Position numbers and translations under genes: made by a program. DNA of 64,000 nt from Octopus bimaculoides (Eukaryota), in contig NC_068994.1 in the NCBI RefSeq assembly GCF_001194135.2, positions 27,329 through 91,328 on the forward strand, written 5' to 3'. Positions 60,141-64,000 of the stretch are shown piece by piece. Numbering within the stretch: the stretch's first letter is position 1; every line of letters starts with the position of its first letter. The notes under the pieces were generated by a model. That model searched no databases, was not told the origin of the DNA, and saw only the letters and a program-made list of their open reading frames with translations.

Positions 60141-60431
60141 AAAGTTAAAGAAGTGATTTTAAATTCTCAATCGCAGAATAATGCTAATAATATAGCCTGA
60201 ACAGGATAAACTATCCCTATTTTGCAGAGATAAGTGTAGGTGGCTAGCTGTGGACACGAACTCACATCCCCGTGATTACATGTCACGATGCTTTGACCGA
60301 TTAAGCTAAACTACCCACTACAAATTCCTCTGCAAATTTAAGATGTTGCAAAATAGGGGTAGTTTATCCTGTTCAGGCTATATTATTAGCATTATTCTGC
60401 GATTGAGAATTTAAATCACTTCTTTAACTTT
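60141..60431. mobile_element. Inverted-repeat element (85-86 bp arms) enclosing a tRNA-like sequence
   Basis: 60141-60226 is the reverse complement of 60347-60431 apart from about 2 differences. Confidence 0.85.
60241..60316 (-). tRNA. tRNA-Thr(TGT)-like pseudogene or cassette
   Basis: A box TAGCTTAATCGG, anticodon arm CGTGA-CATGTAA-TCACG, B-box-like GAGTTCG; acceptor and T stems imperfect. Confidence 0.45.
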
Positions 60432-60569
60432 ATCCTCGTTTATCACGGGAATTTGATTCTAAAAACACCGTGTTAAATAAATCGCTGATAAATGCGAAAC
60501 AGAATATAAGAGGGAAATAGGTTTCATCCGGTGACCCCTTGTTGTTTCCCTAACCCTAACCCAAATAAC

Positions 60570-60810
60570 ACCTTGAAGGTACGGCAGCTCGGAAAACTCA
60601 CTCTGATCGTTCTGATAAGAAAAGAACTCCTGAATTTGTTGGTGAGATCCAGGTGATGTTTGACAAGGATCCCTCCAAGTCAGTCAGGGACATGAGAGTG
60701 TCTGAGTTTCTTATTAGACAGGTAATGCATGCACACATTTGGCATTCCTCATACAAGATGAGAAAGGGCCAATTTTTATCCCAAGCCATCAAGACAAGAG
60801 AAAAGTCCTT
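60570..60810 (+). mobile_element. Tc1/mariner N-terminal fragment
   Basis: RTPEFVGEIQVMFDKDPSKSVRDM...SYKMRKGQFLS. Confidence 0.6.
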
Positions 60811-60839
60811 AATGCTCACATGGGGATGTGGGGTATAAT

Positions 60840-61920
60840 TATCCAGTCTGGGAAACGTACAAAGAACAATTTCATAACCACTAACAATGAAGTCCCACCC
60901 CTATATGACCTTCGTAAAGAAAAGAGCTACACAGATCATGTACTTGGGCCACCTACCCGACCTGTTTGTAGTGCTAACAACCACAAAATATATTTTCTCT
61001 CGCAATTCCTACGACCCTTAATAGAATTATCTGCAGATGTATGTGATAGTACAGAAGACCTCCTTAGCAGGATCCGCGAATGCAACAACACATGTGACCT
61101 CAGTGACCACATCGTTGGTAGCATGGATGTGGTATCCCTGTATCCTTCTATTGATGTAGACTTTGCTATACAGTTAGTTTGTGAGAGTAATATGATATTT
61201 AAAAATGTGGATGTATATGAACTCGGCCTCTTCCTGACCCTGACTTGTACCGACGAATATCTGTCATGCAATAATCTTGTATATGCTTGTCCCACCCAGC
61301 GATGTCCAGTACTACCGAAATCAACATCCTCGTGGCAGACTTAGAGTAATGAGGAACGTATCCCCACTATGCCAACCACAACAACGACAACAACACATCC
61401 AGCACCATATATTCCGAATGCAACGTTCCGGATACACACAGCATGATAGAACCAGGGTGTACAATGGAACGAAAACAAAATTCGAACGCATCCTAAGAGA
61501 TGCTGAAAACGGTATATGGCCCCTGTACCGCAACAAGTTCTGGAATAGGTTAGAGGGGGAGGCCAACAAAAGAAATAAGAACGATACTTGGTATGATAAC
61601 AAGAAGTTTCACAGTGTAATGTTTGTTGATGCTACACCTATGAACGTATTAAGTAAGGCATTCAAGAAAATCCTGCACACAACTGGCCTTAAGATCAAAG
61701 TTGCAGAAAAGACAGGTAGGACTATCAAATCTGTATTATGTAGATCATATCCGTTTGATAGAATCATCTGTCAAAATAATTGTGCAGTATGTCCTACCAG
61801 ATCAAGTGCCAAGAAGGAGCTTGCGCGACTAACCCAGAGTCATACATTGGTGAGACTTCTAGGAGTATCAATGATAGGCTCAAAGAACACCTGGACAACT
61901 ACATTGAAAAAAAACAAACA
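60840..61920 (+). mobile_element. Penelope-like element (RT and GIY-YIG endonuclease), frameshifted and internally deleted
   Basis: PTRPVCS, GSMDVVSLYPSID, YQIKC...YIGETSRSINDRLKEH. Confidence 0.88.
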
Positions 61921-63403
61921 AACTCCATCTTCACACGTGTGCGTGTGAGCGCGTGTGTATACATGCATGTGTGTGTGTGTGTGTATACAACCTTCGACAA
62001 GGTAACAGTCATGTATACAACTTGAACAGAGACATATCAGTGCATAAACATACGTTCATATGTACATGTGTATGTATGTATGTGTGTGTGTGTGTGTGTT
62101 TCCGTGCTGCTTTGTTCATCTCTCTCTCTGTCTCTCACACACCACCTGCAGCATAATTGAGAAAGGAAGAGTTGCGGAAAGCTAAGACAGAGAGAATGAC
62201 GGTAGGAGACGGAGAAGGAAAGAACAGAAGGGAGAGGGGGAGAGTGTCTGGTGAGAAATGAAAGAGAGATAGAAATTTGAGGGAAGAAATAGACACAAAG
62301 AACAATGGAAGGAGAGAGGGGGGACGGAAAAGGGGGAGGAGAGATCAAGTGTTGTTTCGTTGCCTAGCAATAGAAAAGTCACTCAATCAGCCAGGTATTT
62401 ATCGATCTTTGATTAATTATGTAACAAAAATATAGCTATGGACGTTGTTGGTGTTTACTCCAGATCAGTCGGGATCCTGGCACTATGATCAAAGAAGTTT
62501 CAGCCATAAACACCCCAGACACAGTGAATCTGGGACATCATTTAATGTATAGTGGTTAATCTCAGTAGCTTTAGTTTATGGCTGGTCGTGGTCTCCCGTG
62601 GTGAAACCATCTGATAACGACTCCGTTCAGAAAGCTGGAATAGAAGATGCCATTCGAAGAAAGACCACTGTACAATGAATAGTCACAAAACCAAGCTGTA
62701 GCTTTCAAATGCCTTTTACTCCAGATCACAAATATATACAAGCTGAATAAACCGCGAAAGGGATTTAGAAGTGTTCAGCTTCTGTGTATCCTGTATCATA
62801 TCCGTTCAATGTCTGTTAGCTGTTGCGTGTGTTATGCAAGAGCTAATGAGGTCAGGTCCTTGCACTCTGCTGTCGCGATGACAAAGAGAAAGGACTGAGT
62901 GCCGGAACCTCAGAGTTATACGCTGTGCCACCTAGTAGTGAGCTATTTAGACAGCTAGTCAGGGGAGGTAACTGCGCCTACAGCACCCCGACTCTTAAAC
63001 CGCAAACGGTCAAACAAAACGAAGGCAGGCGAAACGTACGTGCGCAACAGAAGGGCACAGAATAATGAAACACGGCAAAACAGTTGTATAAACAATGCAA
63101 GAGTACAAACATGGAAGAAACATGCAGAAAAACGTGTCTGTTCTTGTAGAAAACAAAATGTATGATAGACAGAATCCGAACTATAGCAGAACAATTGAAA
63201 ATATACATTGCAAATGTGTAAAAAGAAACATTCATCAAAGAAAGATGTCCAATCAAACAGAACGAAGTATGATACAAAAATCTTGTTGAAAGATGTGTGT
63301 GTATGCTGCGTATGTATGTATATATATATATATATATATATATNNNNNNNNNNGTAAAAAAACCAAAAACAAAATCAAGAGATTTGGTGAATAAAATTTG
63401 AAA

Positions 63404-63774
63404 ATAAGCAACAAAAATTCAATAGGTTATAGCAGTACGAACGTTTCGTACAAGCTCCATTTATTCATGTAGTGAGAACACCACAGAATGTACAATGAAA
63501 ATGTACTCTTCAGCTGCATAATGGAATTCCATTTTAGAAAGACATTTTGAAGATGGTTGCAACTGCTGAACAGCAGCATAGTCGAGATGATGTTTTCTTC
63601 TCTTACTCTTGTTTTTTGCAAACATCTTCAAAATGTCTTTCTAAAATGAAATTCCATTATGCAGCTGAGGAGTACATTTTCATTGTACATTCTGTGGTGT
63701 TCTCACTACATGAATAAATGGAGCTTGTACGAAACGTACGTACTGCTATAACCTATTGAATTATTGTTGCTTAT
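63404..63774. repeat. Foldback element: 157-bp inverted arms with a 57-bp loop
   Basis: 63404-63560 is near-perfectly complementary to 63618-63774; (TA)n nearby on both sides. Confidence 0.88.
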
Positions 63775-63775
63775 C

Positions 63776-63817
<42 letters not shown>

Positions 63818-64000
63818 TAGTGTTTCTTTGTAAGTAAACGTGTGAAAATGCACAATGATACAGAAAGAGATGAAATATGAGTGCGGTGTCTATAACATAC
63901 ATAAGTCTATTCTCCGGAACAGTCACTGGTGAGACAAAGTTAAGAAGTGTAAATAGTCTGAGACAATTTCTTCGGCCAATGAACCGATCTGCCAGAACGT

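Overview
AT-rich, microsatellite- and repeat-dense animal DNA. The SINE/RTE repeat complement looks cephalopod (Octopus-like), which is an inference. Two spliced coding segments could be rebuilt by hand, each with consistent splice phases throughout. (1) A minus-strand gene of 14 exons (43179 down to 1879, 3057 nt, about 1019 aa, running off the left edge). It encodes an MGCSPS myristoylation-type N-terminus, 3-4 copies of an unrecognised ~85-95 aa repeat, a malectin-like domain, an F-box-less FBA (Fbs1/FBXO-type sugar-binding) domain, and the start of a DUF4062-type domain as in NPHP3/TEP1-like STAND proteins. (2) A plus-strand segment of 10 exons (45675-55713, about 478 aa) with no start codon, encoding the post-NTPase helical region and TPR tail of an NPHP3/TTC41-like protein. 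The two pieces look like complementary halves pointing away from each other across a 100-N gap, so they are either one gene split by a scaffold inversion or two head-to-head paralogs. The rest is decayed, often nested, transposons: Gypsy with LTRs/PBS/TSD, mariner, hAT inside a Penelope-like element, an REL-endonuclease LINE, RTE LINEs, a Helitron end, SINEs and palindromic MITEs, one of which encloses a tRNA-like cassette. All domain assignments are from motif recognition by eye, not database searches.
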